In this document: piece after piece, positions 9,367 to 19,410 of the stretch | How positions within the stretch are numbered: the first letter of the stretch is position 1 | How the letters are laid out: each line of letters begins with the position of its first letter | From: Caldisericota bacterium | GTDB lineage: Bacteria > Caldisericota > Caldisericia > JAAYUI01 | Length of the DNA: 64,000 nt | Assembly (NCBI GenBank): GCA_029548865.1 | Contig: JAKPMO010000023.1 | Location: 11,453-75,452 of the forward strand | Direction: 5' to 3' | Position numbers and translations under genes: made by a program | Notes under the pieces: generated by a model | Database searches by the model: none | Seen by the model: only the letters and a program-made list of their open reading frames with translations | What the model was told of the DNA's origin: nothing

Positions 9367-11130
9367 ATGGGAAGGGCAGAAAAAATCGCAAGCTGGACAA
9401 AAGAAAACAGGTTTTTTGTTGTTGCCGGTGTTTTAATTGTACTTTGCGTGATAGTTGTTGTTCCAATCTTTGCCCAATCATTGAATCGGCCTGATGGCGA
9501 TTATTCCACACCTGCGCTTTACCTGTTTTCCACGATAGCCCAGACAATGGGCGCAATCCTGGGGATTGTGTTCGCAGTTTTCTTTGCTGTATATGCGAAC
9601 ATGAGGTCAAATCCCGAAAATCCCACAATAGATTATGCCAGGAGCTACCTTCAGTCTGACCGATATTTTATGTCCGCAGCTCTTGTCGGCTTGTTTTGCA
9701 TTCTAGGGTCGGTGGTCTGCCTACTGATGATTTATGCTTCAGGCAGTTTATTAAACATAACAGTAATGCTCCTTCTTGGCATTCTTTGTTTGGTTTTGGG
9801 GCTTGTGTCAATCACTTTGCTTCTGTATTTTGTTACAGTAAGAATTCCTCTCTATTTTGAGCCGATCGAACTTTACAAGGAACAAAGAGAACTCCTTAAA
9901 AAGAGAAGCAGTATATCAGAAAAAGAGTATAAAAGATTCCTAGTTGATACATTATTTATTTCATCTGCAGACTCTAACAAATATTATCTAAGCGAAGCTT
10001 TGTTGATAATAAGATGTGATTATAAAAATGATGTCAGCAAAGTTAGGGATTATTACAATCTATTAAGAGAATTAAACATTGCATTTACTTCAAGAATATG
10101 TAAATATCCTAAAGAAAATCAGTATAGAATAAGATTGAATATTATTGAAACGATAAAAGAAGCGACCAAATATGACCCGAATAATCCAGATAAACTGAAT
10201 ATGCCTTATAATATAAGTTATTATCGTGGTGATTTTTTTATACTACTAAAGTTTCTTGTTGATAATATCGCTATTTGTTTTGAAGAGAATGCGGTTGATA
10301 AAATTAATATAAAAAAAATAAGTAAGATATTTTCAGAATTTACAGGTAATCTATCTTTTTACATGATTAATAAACAAGAAAAATATATTTTTGTATTGAG
10401 TGAATTTTTAAATTATTTAAGGTGTTTACAAATAGCCAATTTCAGATTTTATGAGCTTATAGATTTAGAAGCATTGTTACCTATCGTTGACGATGTTATA
10501 CGATATTTATTTGAAAACAATAATATAATAAATAAGATTAATGATAAATTATTAGAAAATTATATTAAATACTTATGCATAACATTTTTTAATATAATTG
10601 AATATATTGAAAAAACAGATTACATGATTGATTTGACTAAAGATGAATTAAAAACAATTTTTTTGTATTTAGAGCAAATCAAGAAAGGGTTTAATAATAT
10701 TTATAATTGTACAGAAGCCAGTCTAATTAATCGAGAAATAAGCTTAGAAGAAATAATATTTAAATACTCTTTATGTTGTAAATTATTTGATTTCAAATAT
10801 TATAAATATATATTATTATATATGCTAATTAATCTACATAAATACTACAGTAAATCATTTGAAAAATCTTACACATATAAATCCATTTATGAATCGATAA
10901 ATTTCCCAATTGGTTATGCAATATACCTTTGTGATCTTTATGAAAATGGGATAGATTCCAAAATAGTTGATCTAGATTATAGAACTTATGTAGATGTTTT
11001 TCTTAAAAACTTTTGTGAGCAGAATAATCTTGATTTTAGCAAGATGGAAGCTCGATTTAATGACAAATTTTACTTGAATAAAGAAAGATTTGAAAATATA
11101 CAAAAATCATATATGAGAATTATTTTTTAA
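9367..11130 (+). CDS. Hypothetical protein: N-terminal ~4 TM region plus very AT-rich helical C-terminus
   Basis: 587 aa ORF open through ~20% GC DNA; TATAAT 8 nt upstream. Confidence 0.8.
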   Translation: MGRAEKIASWTKENRFFVVAGVLIVLCVIVVVPIFAQSLNRPDGDYSTPALYLFSTIAQTMGAILGIVFAVFFAVYANMRSNPENPTIDYARSYLQSDRYFMSAALVGLFCILGSVVCLLMIYASGSLLNITVMLLLGILCLVLGLVSITLLLYFVTVRIPLYFEPIELYKEQRELLKKRSSISEKEYKRFLVDTLFISSADSNKYYLSEALLIIRCDYKNDVSKVRDYYNLLRELNIAFTSRICKYPKENQYRIRLNIIETIKEATKYDPNNPDKLNMPYNISYYRGDFFILLKFLVDNIAICFEENAVDKINIKKISKIFSEFTGNLSFYMINKQEKYIFVLSEFLNYLRCLQIANFRFYELIDLEALLPIVDDVIRYLFENNNIINKINDKLLENYIKYLCITFFNIIEYIEKTDYMIDLTKDELKTIFLYLEQIKKGFNNIYNCTEASLINREISLEEIIFKYSLCCKLFDFKYYKYILLYMLINLHKYYSKSFEKSYTYKSIYESINFPIGYAIYLCDLYENGIDSKIVDLDYRTYVDVFLKNFCEQNNLDFSKMEARFNDKFYLNKERFENIQKSYMRIIF

Positions 11131-11994
11131 CCCCGTCACTACAACCCCGGCAAAAATCAGCAGTCCGCCAACAAGCACGTTTAGTCCTATCGGGTCGCCA
11201 AGGAATGCCCAGGCGATGATCGATGCCCCGACTGGCTCAAAGAGGTTTGTGGTTGTCGTGATGATCGGCGTCAGGTATTTGACACCCATATTCAGCGCGG
11301 TGTGGCCGATCACCTGCGGGAAAAGCGCCATGCCGGCGATGGAGAGCCAGGATGCTCCAGAATAGCCCCAGAGCTGTTCGCCTGTCAGGAAAGCGCCTGC
11401 AAGCAGGAGCAGGCTTGCGACTGGATAAGAGACAGAAACTGTCTGCAGGAGAGGGGCCCTTTCCTGGGCTATCTTTGATGTGATCAGATAGCACGAGCCA
11501 AACAATGCGCCAAGCAGTGACAAGACGACGCCGAGCATTGTTCCTTCCATCTTTGTTCCCCAGAGTGCAATCACTGCCGCACCGCCTATTGCCAGAAAAA
11601 TGCCAAGGATTGCAAAGGGGGTTGGCTTTTTCCTCCAGATTATATATTCGAGCATTGCGATGAATATTGGCGCTGTGGTCACAAGGACTGCTGTTGCCGA
11701 TACCGATATGTAGTGGAAGGAGCTTATCCATACAGCAAAGTGCATCGCTAGGAAAAACCCAGACAGCACTGACCAGAGCAGGGTTTTTTTGTCATGGAAC
11801 ATTCTCCACGGCGCGCCAAAGGGGACCATGATTATGGAGGCAATCAGGAGCCTCCAGAAAGCCATTGAGAATGGTCCGGTATCTGCCGATGCGATTTTTA
11901 CCAGAGGCGCCGCAGATGACATCGACAGCACGCCAAGCGCCAGGAAGGCGTAGTATTTGCCTTTGCCATCGAGTTTAGTCTCTTTGCGCGTCAT
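11107..11994 (-). CDS. EamA/DMT family transporter
   Basis: ~10 TM; AFWRL, FLAMHF..W, GHT.LN, EPVGA motifs. Confidence 0.9.
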   Translation of the reverse strand: MTRKETKLDGKGKYYAFLALGVLSMSSAAPLVKIASADTGPFSMAFWRLLIASIIMVPFGAPWRMFHDKKTLLWSVLSGFFLAMHFAVWISSFHYISVSATAVLVTTAPIFIAMLEYIIWRKKPTPFAILGIFLAIGGAAVIALWGTKMEGTMLGVVLSLLGALFGSCYLITSKIAQERAPLLQTVSVSYPVASLLLLAGAFLTGEQLWGYSGASWLSIAGMALFPQVIGHTALNMGVKYLTPIITTTTNLFEPVGASIIAWAFLGDPIGLNVLVGGLLIFAGVVVTGLKNNSHI

Positions 11995-12041
11995 TGTGGC
12001 AAAGTGTATTTGGGTTTTCCGGTTTTGCGGTTAAAGGTGCG

Positions 12042-14384
12042 CTATTTTTTGCAGGGTGGGGCTTCCCATTCTTCCTCGCCTGGCACTTCGTCCGGATTGT
12101 AAAGGTACGCCAGGGCTTTCCCTGCATCACCGTCCATTATCAGCCTTATGATTTTGCCCCCTGTGATTTCTGAGACATCAATCAGACGCACGACCCTTTC
12201 ATATTTTTCGGCCCAGGAGACATATTTTGAAAGCATGTTGGGGCTGGTTTTCAGAAACTCCTCGTTAAAGATGATACTTTTGTCGTCAGGATATAACGGG
12301 AGGTAGTAGATGCCTGTTTCTACGAGGTCCTGGAAGAAGTGCGTTCCGAAACTCACCTCCGGCACATACCCGCCCTTGTTTCTTGCAATCTCGATAAGTG
12401 CCGATGACCTGTTGATATCGCTGTATGTCACTCTGACGCCAAGCTTTATGTCCCCCCTGCTTCCCCATCGCCCGGGGCCCATCAGTATGAAGCTGTTTTT
12501 TGGAAGGGTTGAATTTATTGCGCTGACGACCCTTGCAATGTCTGTCATTTCCTCAATGGTTTCAAGGGCATCGTACTCGGCAGGATCAACGTAAACGATG
12601 TATTTTACATCAACAAGGCCATCACTGACGTATTTGTGGGCGGTAAAAATTTTGTTTTCATCTGGCACATCATCCGGGATGCTTATATTTGCCCTGTCTC
12701 TTGGCTGGGCCTGTGGCCTACACTGGAGAACATAGAGGTGTAGTCCATTTGAAGCAAATTCTATGTCCACCGGGACGCAAAGCGCTTCGGAAAGTATTTG
12801 CAGGAGCAATTTTATTTGTTCCACGAAGGGTGTTCTGGTCAGAAGATTATCAAAAGTTATCAGCAGATCTGATTTTTTTGGATCAAAGCTTGCCACCGAA
12901 GGTGGAAGGAGCTGGCCGTGATCATACACTTGGACGAGCTTTGTAAGGCTTGGGTATTCCTCGCCATGTTCGCGCAGGAGTTCGTTGAATACAAGCGTCT
13001 TAAAATTTAATTCATGAAGATCTATGACGTCGATGTGTTTCTGACTATATCTGACAATATCCTCAGGATTTGTGTTGACCCTGAGGTTTGGCTGTCCTGG
13101 TGCAATGAGCATTGGATAGTCGTCACTTACCCTGTCAACAGCCCTTGTTCCGAGACCAGCCACTAGCCTTATTACACCATCTCTTCGCTTTATTCTTGGT
13201 GACCATCTGAATTCATTATTTGAAAAAGCCACACCAGCAAAGGTTGGCATATAGTATCTTGCGTCGACCTCGACCCCGACGACTTCTTGTATAAGACAGC
13301 CCATCTGTTCCTGGAAGTCCAGCAAATCGCGTTCAATACGGTATTGGACGGCATCCGGACTGAATGTAGAAGCATAAACCTCGGCGACCGCATCCATGAG
13401 CGCTTCCATTCTCTGCCTTTTAGTTCCCTTGTTCGCGAGGAAGAGGCTCTTGTATTTACCAGAGAAGGCCGCGCCAAAACTATCTTCAAGGAGGCTCGAA
13501 GAACGCACTATTATTGGTTTCCCCTCCAGATCATCAAGCGCAAGGCTCAAACCTTGCATTATTTCCGAGGAAAACTGTGATTGTTTGAAGACCTGCTGGA
13601 AATATGAGTATTCCTGCCTTATTTCATCAAGTGTCCTGTATTTGAGGTTTATTATTTCTTCGAGGGCGTTGTAGTGGAGAAAATCTAGTATTCCGTCGGA
13701 GAGTAAATACCAGGTTTTTGGCACCCTGACGTTTTGCAGGACAGGATATTTCTTCTGGGCCTCTTCGATTATTCTCCGTGCCAGGAAGAGCCCTGATCCT
13801 TTTCCACCAAGTCTGCCTGTTCCACTGCCTGGGCCGATGGATTTCTGGATCATCTTGGAAATGTCGCCAATTCTTATGTACTTTTTTGCGACATTGATGA
13901 ATTGCGGACTGTCTGTGAGGAAGCGCCTGACCAGCGAAACCCTTATACCATTTTCCTCGGCTTCTGAGAGTAGTCTTTCATTCTCTGGCAACATGCAGAA
14001 GCGGTTGAGATTTTCGGTTATTTCCAAGAGCGAGATGCCCTGTTTTTCAGTCGCGAGGGTCAAAAACATTGTTCTGCCCTCTGACACCCACTTCATTATC
14101 ATTGACGACAATTCATCTTCGCTAAGGCATGTTTTGGCTATCTTGAATGTTTCTTCAAAAATAAGTTCTATTTCGCCAAGATTCGTTTTTTGTGATGGCT
14201 GGTTTTCATCACCCCTTGTGTTCATATATGCCTGATCAAAACGCTCAAGAAGGTCGATGGCTCCTTTGACCTCCATCCTCACCAGCTTGTTGAGGAGTTT
14301 CCTGGAGATGCGGTTCAATTCCCTTGAGTCTGTGGCCCTCAATAGGTCGATAATTACCTGCCACTCTGGTTTTCTTTCCGGCAT
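12042..14384 (-). CDS. PEP/pyruvate-binding (PPDK_N ATP-grasp) domain protein
   Basis: LGGKG, IVRSSSLLED....FSGKY.S, GLGTRAV, DIEFA, LQCRP, GPGRWGS, SFGTHFFQDLVE; no phospho-His or PEP-utiliser barrel seen. Confidence 0.85.
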   Translation of the reverse strand: MPERKPEWQVIIDLLRATDSRELNRISRKLLNKLVRMEVKGAIDLLERFDQAYMNTRGDENQPSQKTNLGEIELIFEETFKIAKTCLSEDELSSMIMKWVSEGRTMFLTLATEKQGISLLEITENLNRFCMLPENERLLSEAEENGIRVSLVRRFLTDSPQFINVAKKYIRIGDISKMIQKSIGPGSGTGRLGGKGSGLFLARRIIEEAQKKYPVLQNVRVPKTWYLLSDGILDFLHYNALEEIINLKYRTLDEIRQEYSYFQQVFKQSQFSSEIMQGLSLALDDLEGKPIIVRSSSLLEDSFGAAFSGKYKSLFLANKGTKRQRMEALMDAVAEVYASTFSPDAVQYRIERDLLDFQEQMGCLIQEVVGVEVDARYYMPTFAGVAFSNNEFRWSPRIKRRDGVIRLVAGLGTRAVDRVSDDYPMLIAPGQPNLRVNTNPEDIVRYSQKHIDVIDLHELNFKTLVFNELLREHGEEYPSLTKLVQVYDHGQLLPPSVASFDPKKSDLLITFDNLLTRTPFVEQIKLLLQILSEALCVPVDIEFASNGLHLYVLQCRPQAQPRDRANISIPDDVPDENKIFTAHKYVSDGLVDVKYIVYVDPAEYDALETIEEMTDIARVVSAINSTLPKNSFILMGPGRWGSRGDIKLGVRVTYSDINRSSALIEIARNKGGYVPEVSFGTHFFQDLVETGIYYLPLYPDDKSIIFNEEFLKTSPNMLSKYVSWAEKYERVVRLIDVSEITGGKIIRLIMDGDAGKALAYLYNPDEVPGEEEWEAPPCKK

Positions 14385-14390
14385 GGAGAC

Positions 14391-14419
14391 ATTTTAGCTT
14401 TTTTGTCTTTTTTTGGCAA
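14391..14419 (-). promoter_or_regulatory. Sigma70-type promoter, leaderless
   Basis: TTGCCA-17nt-TAAAAT-6nt-ATG. Confidence 0.65.
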
Positions 14420-14470
14420 TGATTTGAGAAATGCTGGATATTAATTATTTTTGCTGAAAGACCTGGAAGA

Positions 14471-14502
14471 AATTGCTGTGGGCCGCTAAGCCCACAGCAA
14501 TT
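14471..14502 (-). terminator. Terminator hairpin after the ABC operon
   Basis: Perfect 13-bp stem AATTGCTGTGGGC / GCCCACAGCAATT. Confidence 0.75.
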
Positions 14503-14514
14503 CTAAGACAGAAC

Positions 14515-16425
14515 CTATTCGAGCTGGTTCTGCCCAGTGTAGAGTTGGTAGTATCTTCCTTTTAAGGCAAGGAGTTCCTCGTGGTTGCCTCTTTCAATAA
14601 TTTCCCCGTGCTCCAGGACCATAATGGCTTTGGAGTTCCGGACTGTTGAGAGCCTGTGGGCGATCACAAAGACTGTCCTGTTTTCCATCAGAGCGTCCAG
14701 TCCTTTTTCGATCAGTCTTTCGGTGCGGGTATCGATTGAGCTGGTTGCCTCATCAAGGATCATGACTGGAGGGGATGCCACATTGGCACGGGCTATGGCG
14801 ATAAGCTGCCTTTGCCCCTGCGAGAGATTGGCCCCGTCTCCTTCAATCATGGTGTGGTACCCTTGTGGCAAGCGGGTGATGAAAGAGTCTGCGCTTGCAA
14901 TTTCTGCGGCCTTAATGCATTCCTCGTCTGTTGCGTCGAGTCGTCCATAGCGGATATTGTCCATGACTGTGCCGGTAAAAAGATGTGTATCCTGTAATAC
15001 CATCCCGAGGGAGCGGCGCAGGTCAGCCTTTTTGATTTCAGTTATGTTGATCCCATCATAATGGATTTTTCCTTCAGGCACATCATAAAAGCGGTTGATG
15101 AGGTTGGTAATGGTGGTTTTTCCAGCACCTGTCGAACCAACAAATGCAATCTTTTGGCCAGGTTTTGCGTAAAGACTTATGTCTTTGAGTACCGGTACAT
15201 TGGGCTCATAACTAAAACTTACATCAAAGAATCGCACATCTCCTTTCAATTCGGTATAAGTTGACGTGCCGTTTTCGTGTGGATATTTCCATGCCCAGAG
15301 ACCAGTGCGTTCCTGGCATTCTTCAATGGCCCCATCTATTGTACGATGAGCATTGACCAGGGTCACATGACCATTGTCAACTTCTGGTTTCTGATCCATA
15401 ACTTCGAAGATTCGCTCTGCGCCTGCGAGGGCCGCTAGAACATTGTTGATTTGGCTTGTGATCATGGTGATTGGCTGACCAACCTGGCGGGAATATTGCA
15501 AGAAGGCGGCGAGAGAGCCGATATCAAACATGTTCATGAGTGTCAGTATTCCGCCAAAAACTGCTGTCGCAGCGTAGCAGACATTGTTCAAGTTCACCAT
15601 TATTGGCATGATGATGCCGGCAAGAAAATTCGCTTTTGATGCTGTATGGTAGAACTGTTCGTTTAGTTTGTAAAACGATTGTTTGGCGGCCCCTTCATGA
15701 TTGAATACCTTTATTTCTCTCAGTCCGCTAATGGTCTCTTCAATGTTTCCATTGAGTTTGCCTAGTATGATCTGCTGGTTTTTGAAGTGTGCCTGGCTTT
15801 TAACACCTATTTTCATCGTGATAAAAATCATCAATACAAGTACGACAGCCGTGATCAAAAACAAAATTGGACTGAGTACAATCATTATTATGATTGTGCC
15901 AACAAAGTTGATTGCACTTGAGAAAAGCTGTATGAGGCTTTGCTCAAGCATCAACTGCACATTGTCAACGTCGTTTGTATAGCGGCTCATTAATTCGCCA
16001 TGCGTATGCGCATCAAAATAACGCAGTTCTAGCCCCTGCATTTTGTCAAACAGGTCTTTGCGTATTGCATTTATGGTTCTTTGTGACATCTGGACCGAAA
16101 ACCGGTTTTGCAGGTAAGAAGCGATAATTCCAACCAGATAAATCATTCCAAGGAAAACCAGTGCGATTGCTAGGCCTTTGAAGTTTCCAGGCAGTATATA
16201 GTTGTTGATCAGTGGTTTAAGGAAATATGATCCTGCGAGCATGGTTGCTGAGTTGAGCAGGAGAAAGATCAGCATTGCCCCGATAAGCAGTTTGCTTTTC
16301 CCAAGATACCCAAAAATACGGGCAATTGTATTTTTAAGGTTTTTGGGTTTCTCAAAACCTCTGGGACCGGGGCCTCCTGGTCCTGGGCCTCTCATCATAT
16401 TGGGTGATCTTTTTTGTTCTGCCAT
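14515..16425 (-). CDS. Heterodimeric multidrug ABC exporter subunit (TM288-like)
   Basis: TMD plus GSTGAGKTT, LSQGQRQ, ILDEATS, IAHRLST. Confidence 0.93.
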   Translation of the reverse strand: MAEQKRSPNMMRGPGPGGPGPRGFEKPKNLKNTIARIFGYLGKSKLLIGAMLIFLLLNSATMLAGSYFLKPLINNYILPGNFKGLAIALVFLGMIYLVGIIASYLQNRFSVQMSQRTINAIRKDLFDKMQGLELRYFDAHTHGELMSRYTNDVDNVQLMLEQSLIQLFSSAINFVGTIIIMIVLSPILFLITAVVLVLMIFITMKIGVKSQAHFKNQQIILGKLNGNIEETISGLREIKVFNHEGAAKQSFYKLNEQFYHTASKANFLAGIIMPIMVNLNNVCYAATAVFGGILTLMNMFDIGSLAAFLQYSRQVGQPITMITSQINNVLAALAGAERIFEVMDQKPEVDNGHVTLVNAHRTIDGAIEECQERTGLWAWKYPHENGTSTYTELKGDVRFFDVSFSYEPNVPVLKDISLYAKPGQKIAFVGSTGAGKTTITNLINRFYDVPEGKIHYDGINITEIKKADLRRSLGMVLQDTHLFTGTVMDNIRYGRLDATDEECIKAAEIASADSFITRLPQGYHTMIEGDGANLSQGQRQLIAIARANVASPPVMILDEATSSIDTRTERLIEKGLDALMENRTVFVIAHRLSTVRNSKAIMVLEHGEIIERGNHEELLALKGRYYQLYTGQNQLE

Positions 16426-18170
16426 TACGATGCCAGCCCTTCTTGTTGAGAATTGCATATTTCACGGTATATTGTGTTGGTCGCAAAGAGCGTTTCATGT
16501 GTGCCTATACCAGAGATTCTGCCATCATCAAGCACGATAATTTTGTTGGCGTCTTTTACCGAACTGATGCGTTGTGCTACGATCAAAACAGTTGTCCCAT
16601 TCAGATTTTTATAGAACGATTGTCTGATTTTTGCCTCTGTTGCGGTATCAACGGCGCTGGTGCTGTCATCAAGAATCAAAATGCGTGGTTTTTTCATCAT
16701 TGCCCTTGCGATACACAATCTTTGTTTTTGGCCGCCTGATACATTTACACCACCCTGGCCAAGCTCTGTCTCATAGCCATTTGGAAAGCCCATGATGAAG
16801 TCATGGGCTTGTGCGTCACGAGCGGCTTCCTCAATCTCTGCCTGTGAGGCATTTTCGTTTCCCCAAAGAAGGTTCTCTCTTATGGTTCCGGAAAATAGCA
16901 CATTTTTTTGGAGCACCATTCCAATACCATTGCGGAGTGTTTTCAGGCTGTAATCCCGAACGTCATTTCCATCCACCAGCACCTGTCCAGCTGTCGTATC
17001 GTAAAGGCGCGGAATTAAGCTGAGGAGCGAGGTTTTACCTGAACCTGTACCACCCACGATGGCAACAATTTCACCAGGCTCAATGGTAAAGGTAATGTTT
17101 GAGAGGACGTCTTTGCCCTCTCCAACGGCGCTATATCGAAAATCGACACCCCTAAACTCAATCTTGCCTCTAGATACGGCAGGAGCAACTTTATCTGTTA
17201 AGGAATCTGGTTTGTCTACAATGTCAATCTTTGTATCGAGGACTTCTAAGACTCTTTTCCCGCATGCTTCTGCACGGGCAGACAGGATGAAAACCATCGA
17301 GAACATCATTACACTTATCAAGATCTGCATCATATAACTAATAAAGCTGATTAGTTCGCCTGCTCCCATGGTATGGGTGCCAACCATCTTGCCACCAAAC
17401 CAGATAACACTTATGGTGGCAAAGCTTAATATGAAAATCATGATTGGCATAATCAGACTTATTAAATAACCAGCTTTCATAGCTGCTTTTGTGAGGTCAT
17501 CGTTTACTTTCTTAAACTTTAGCTTTTCATGAGCTTCACGAACGAAAGCTTTTACTACACGAATTGCAATCAGGTTCTCTTGGACAGTGCCATTCAGGGC
17601 GTCAAGGCGCTGTTGCATGATGGTGAATAGCTTGTCGGCTGACCTGAAGACCAGTATGACGCCAAAAGCTAGCGCTGGAACTGCCACAAAAATGATGGTT
17701 GATAGCTTAAAGTTGATGCTCGTGGCAAAAACTATGGCTGAAATTAACATCAATGGTGCACGAAGCAACATGCGCAGAGTCATCAATACCGTGGTTTGCA
17801 ATTGTGTCACATCACTGGTCAGGCGGGTCACAAGAGAGGCGGTGCTGAATTCATCTATATTGGAGAATGAAAAAGATTGCACTTTGTCAAATAATGCCTT
17901 ACGGAGATTTGCTGCAAACCCCTGGCTGGCATCAGCTGAAAATTTCATGTTGATTATGCCAAATCCAATAGCAACCACTGCAAGCAAAACCATAATCCCA
18001 CCCATTCCGGCAATAAAGCCAATGTCCTTTTGCGGAATGCCATTGTCCACGATTTTTGCCATTAAAAGCGGTATCATCATTTCACAAACCACATCAACCG
18101 TCACTGCCAAAAAGCAGTACAAGATGTTCTTTTTATACTGCCCGACATAAGCGTATAGCCTTTTTATCAC
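16425..18170 (-). CDS. Heterodimeric multidrug ABC exporter subunit (TM287-like, degenerate site)
   Basis: GGTGSGKT, VSGGQKQR, ILDDSTS, VAQRISS. Confidence 0.93.
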   Translation of the reverse strand: MIKRLYAYVGQYKKNILYCFLAVTVDVVCEMMIPLLMAKIVDNGIPQKDIGFIAGMGGIMVLLAVVAIGFGIINMKFSADASQGFAANLRKALFDKVQSFSFSNIDEFSTASLVTRLTSDVTQLQTTVLMTLRMLLRAPLMLISAIVFATSINFKLSTIIFVAVPALAFGVILVFRSADKLFTIMQQRLDALNGTVQENLIAIRVVKAFVREAHEKLKFKKVNDDLTKAAMKAGYLISLIMPIMIFILSFATISVIWFGGKMVGTHTMGAGELISFISYMMQILISVMMFSMVFILSARAEACGKRVLEVLDTKIDIVDKPDSLTDKVAPAVSRGKIEFRGVDFRYSAVGEGKDVLSNITFTIEPGEIVAIVGGTGSGKTSLLSLIPRLYDTTAGQVLVDGNDVRDYSLKTLRNGIGMVLQKNVLFSGTIRENLLWGNENASQAEIEEAARDAQAHDFIMGFPNGYETELGQGGVNVSGGQKQRLCIARAMMKKPRILILDDSTSAVDTATEAKIRQSFYKNLNGTTVLIVAQRISSVKDANKIIVLDDGRISGIGTHETLFATNTIYREICNSQQEGLAS

Positions 18171-18176
18171 CCTTGC

Positions 18177-18650
18177 TCACTCCTTCCTTTTTAGTTGGTT
18201 AGGCAATCGCGCACCCATTGTTTCGAGGTTCTTGATCATGCGAAGATAAAACCTTTTAAGTTGTTCCCGTTCCAGTTCCGAGAACCCATCAAATACGCTC
18301 CTGTCTGTTTTGTCGAATATACTGAGGCATTCTTCTATATACTCCACACCCTTTTTTGTGAGTGTAATAACATTGCGCCGCAGATCTTTTTCATCTGATA
18401 TTTTGCATAACAGCCCTGCTTTTTCCATGCGCTTGACTGAGATCGCAACAGTGGGTGGGCTGATTCCAATGGCATCGCCAAGTTCTTTTTGGGAAGCTTT
18501 CATACCCTTTATCTTGTGCAATGCAACTAGGATGTAAGGGTGGGTTACTTTGAGTCCTTGCTTTTCTAGCGCCGATTTTAGGTAAGTGTGATGCATACGG
18601 TCAAATACGCGAAGCAGCCATTCAAGATTGTTTTGGTCGTATTCCGCCAT
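18177..18650 (-). CDS. MarR family regulator
   Basis: SQKELGDAIGISPPTV...MEKAGL...DLRR..ITLTKKG. Confidence 0.92.
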   Translation of the reverse strand: MAEYDQNNLEWLLRVFDRMHHTYLKSALEKQGLKVTHPYILVALHKIKGMKASQKELGDAIGISPPTVAISVKRMEKAGLLCKISDEKDLRRNVITLTKKGVEYIEECLSIFDKTDRSVFDGFSELEREQLKRFYLRMIKNLETMGARLPNQLKRKE

Positions 18651-18677
18651 TCGACCTCCTTTGTTTTATATAAAATA

Positions 18678-18718
18678 ATTTGTCGACAAATAATATTATG
18701 GCATTTTTATTATGTCAA
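18678..18718 (-). promoter_or_regulatory. marR-ABC promoter with palindromic operator
   Basis: TTGACA(18718-18713)-17nt-TATTAT; perfect palindrome ATTTGTCGACAAAT at 18678-18691 over the predicted TSS. Confidence 0.7.
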
Positions 18719-18779
18719 TAAACAATTTCAAACATTCAGCCAAAAATTTTAAGGAAGGGAAGGAGAAATTTTGAGGAGT

Positions 18780-19274
18780 TTACTCGATAAGATTCCTCAT
18801 TCGGCCATCTTTCCCCAGGATCTGAATGACAGGGTTGTCGTTTTCGTCCAGTCCAATGATTATCCTTGGTCTGCCATCCTTTCCTGAAAATGTGAGAACA
18901 GGTGAGTCATTCTCAATTTTAAGCTCTGCCTTGCTATATTTTTTTGATCCCATTACTTCTGCTTTTTTATCCTTGCCATTGATAAAGATGCAAGCCCCAC
19001 CAGCTTCTGGTGTATCAAAAGCGTACATGCCAACCGCCTCATGCCTCGAATAGTCCAATGCAAACACAGCCGCTCTCTGGTTATCCATAACACCGATGCC
19101 ACCCAATTCGTTCCCGTTGCAGTCCATCAGCTGGATGCCTGTGATGGCTGTATCTCTCTTGTAAATGGTACCGTCAACTTTTGGGTCTGGCGCCGGTGAG
19201 GCAATGCATATCCTTGATACCATATTTTTATCTGACACCGTGATTCTTTGAATGTTTATTTCGCTCTCGTTCAT
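18780..19274 (-). CDS. Hypothetical protein
   Basis: 164 aa ORF with SD-like GAGGG; beta-rich. Confidence 0.7.
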   Translation of the reverse strand: MNESEINIQRITVSDKNMVSRICIASPAPDPKVDGTIYKRDTAITGIQLMDCNGNELGGIGVMDNQRAAVFALDYSRHEAVGMYAFDTPEAGGACIFINGKDKKAEVMGSKKYSKAELKIENDSPVLTFSGKDGRPRIIIGLDENDNPVIQILGKDGRMRNLIE

Positions 19275-19348
19275 TGCAGTTTTCCCTCTCTGGCCTGAAA
19301 AAGTTTTTGAGTATTTCTATCATACGGCATGAAATGAATACAGGAAAA

Positions 19349-19380
19349 TAAAAAAGCCGCTCTTTTTGGAGCGGCTTTTG
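19349..19380 (-). terminator. Intrinsic terminator after gdhA
   Basis: AAAAGCCGCTC...GAGCGGCTTTT. Confidence 0.85.
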
Positions 19381-19410
19381 ATTGCTTAAATTTTTATTTG
19401 GGGGAGGTTA

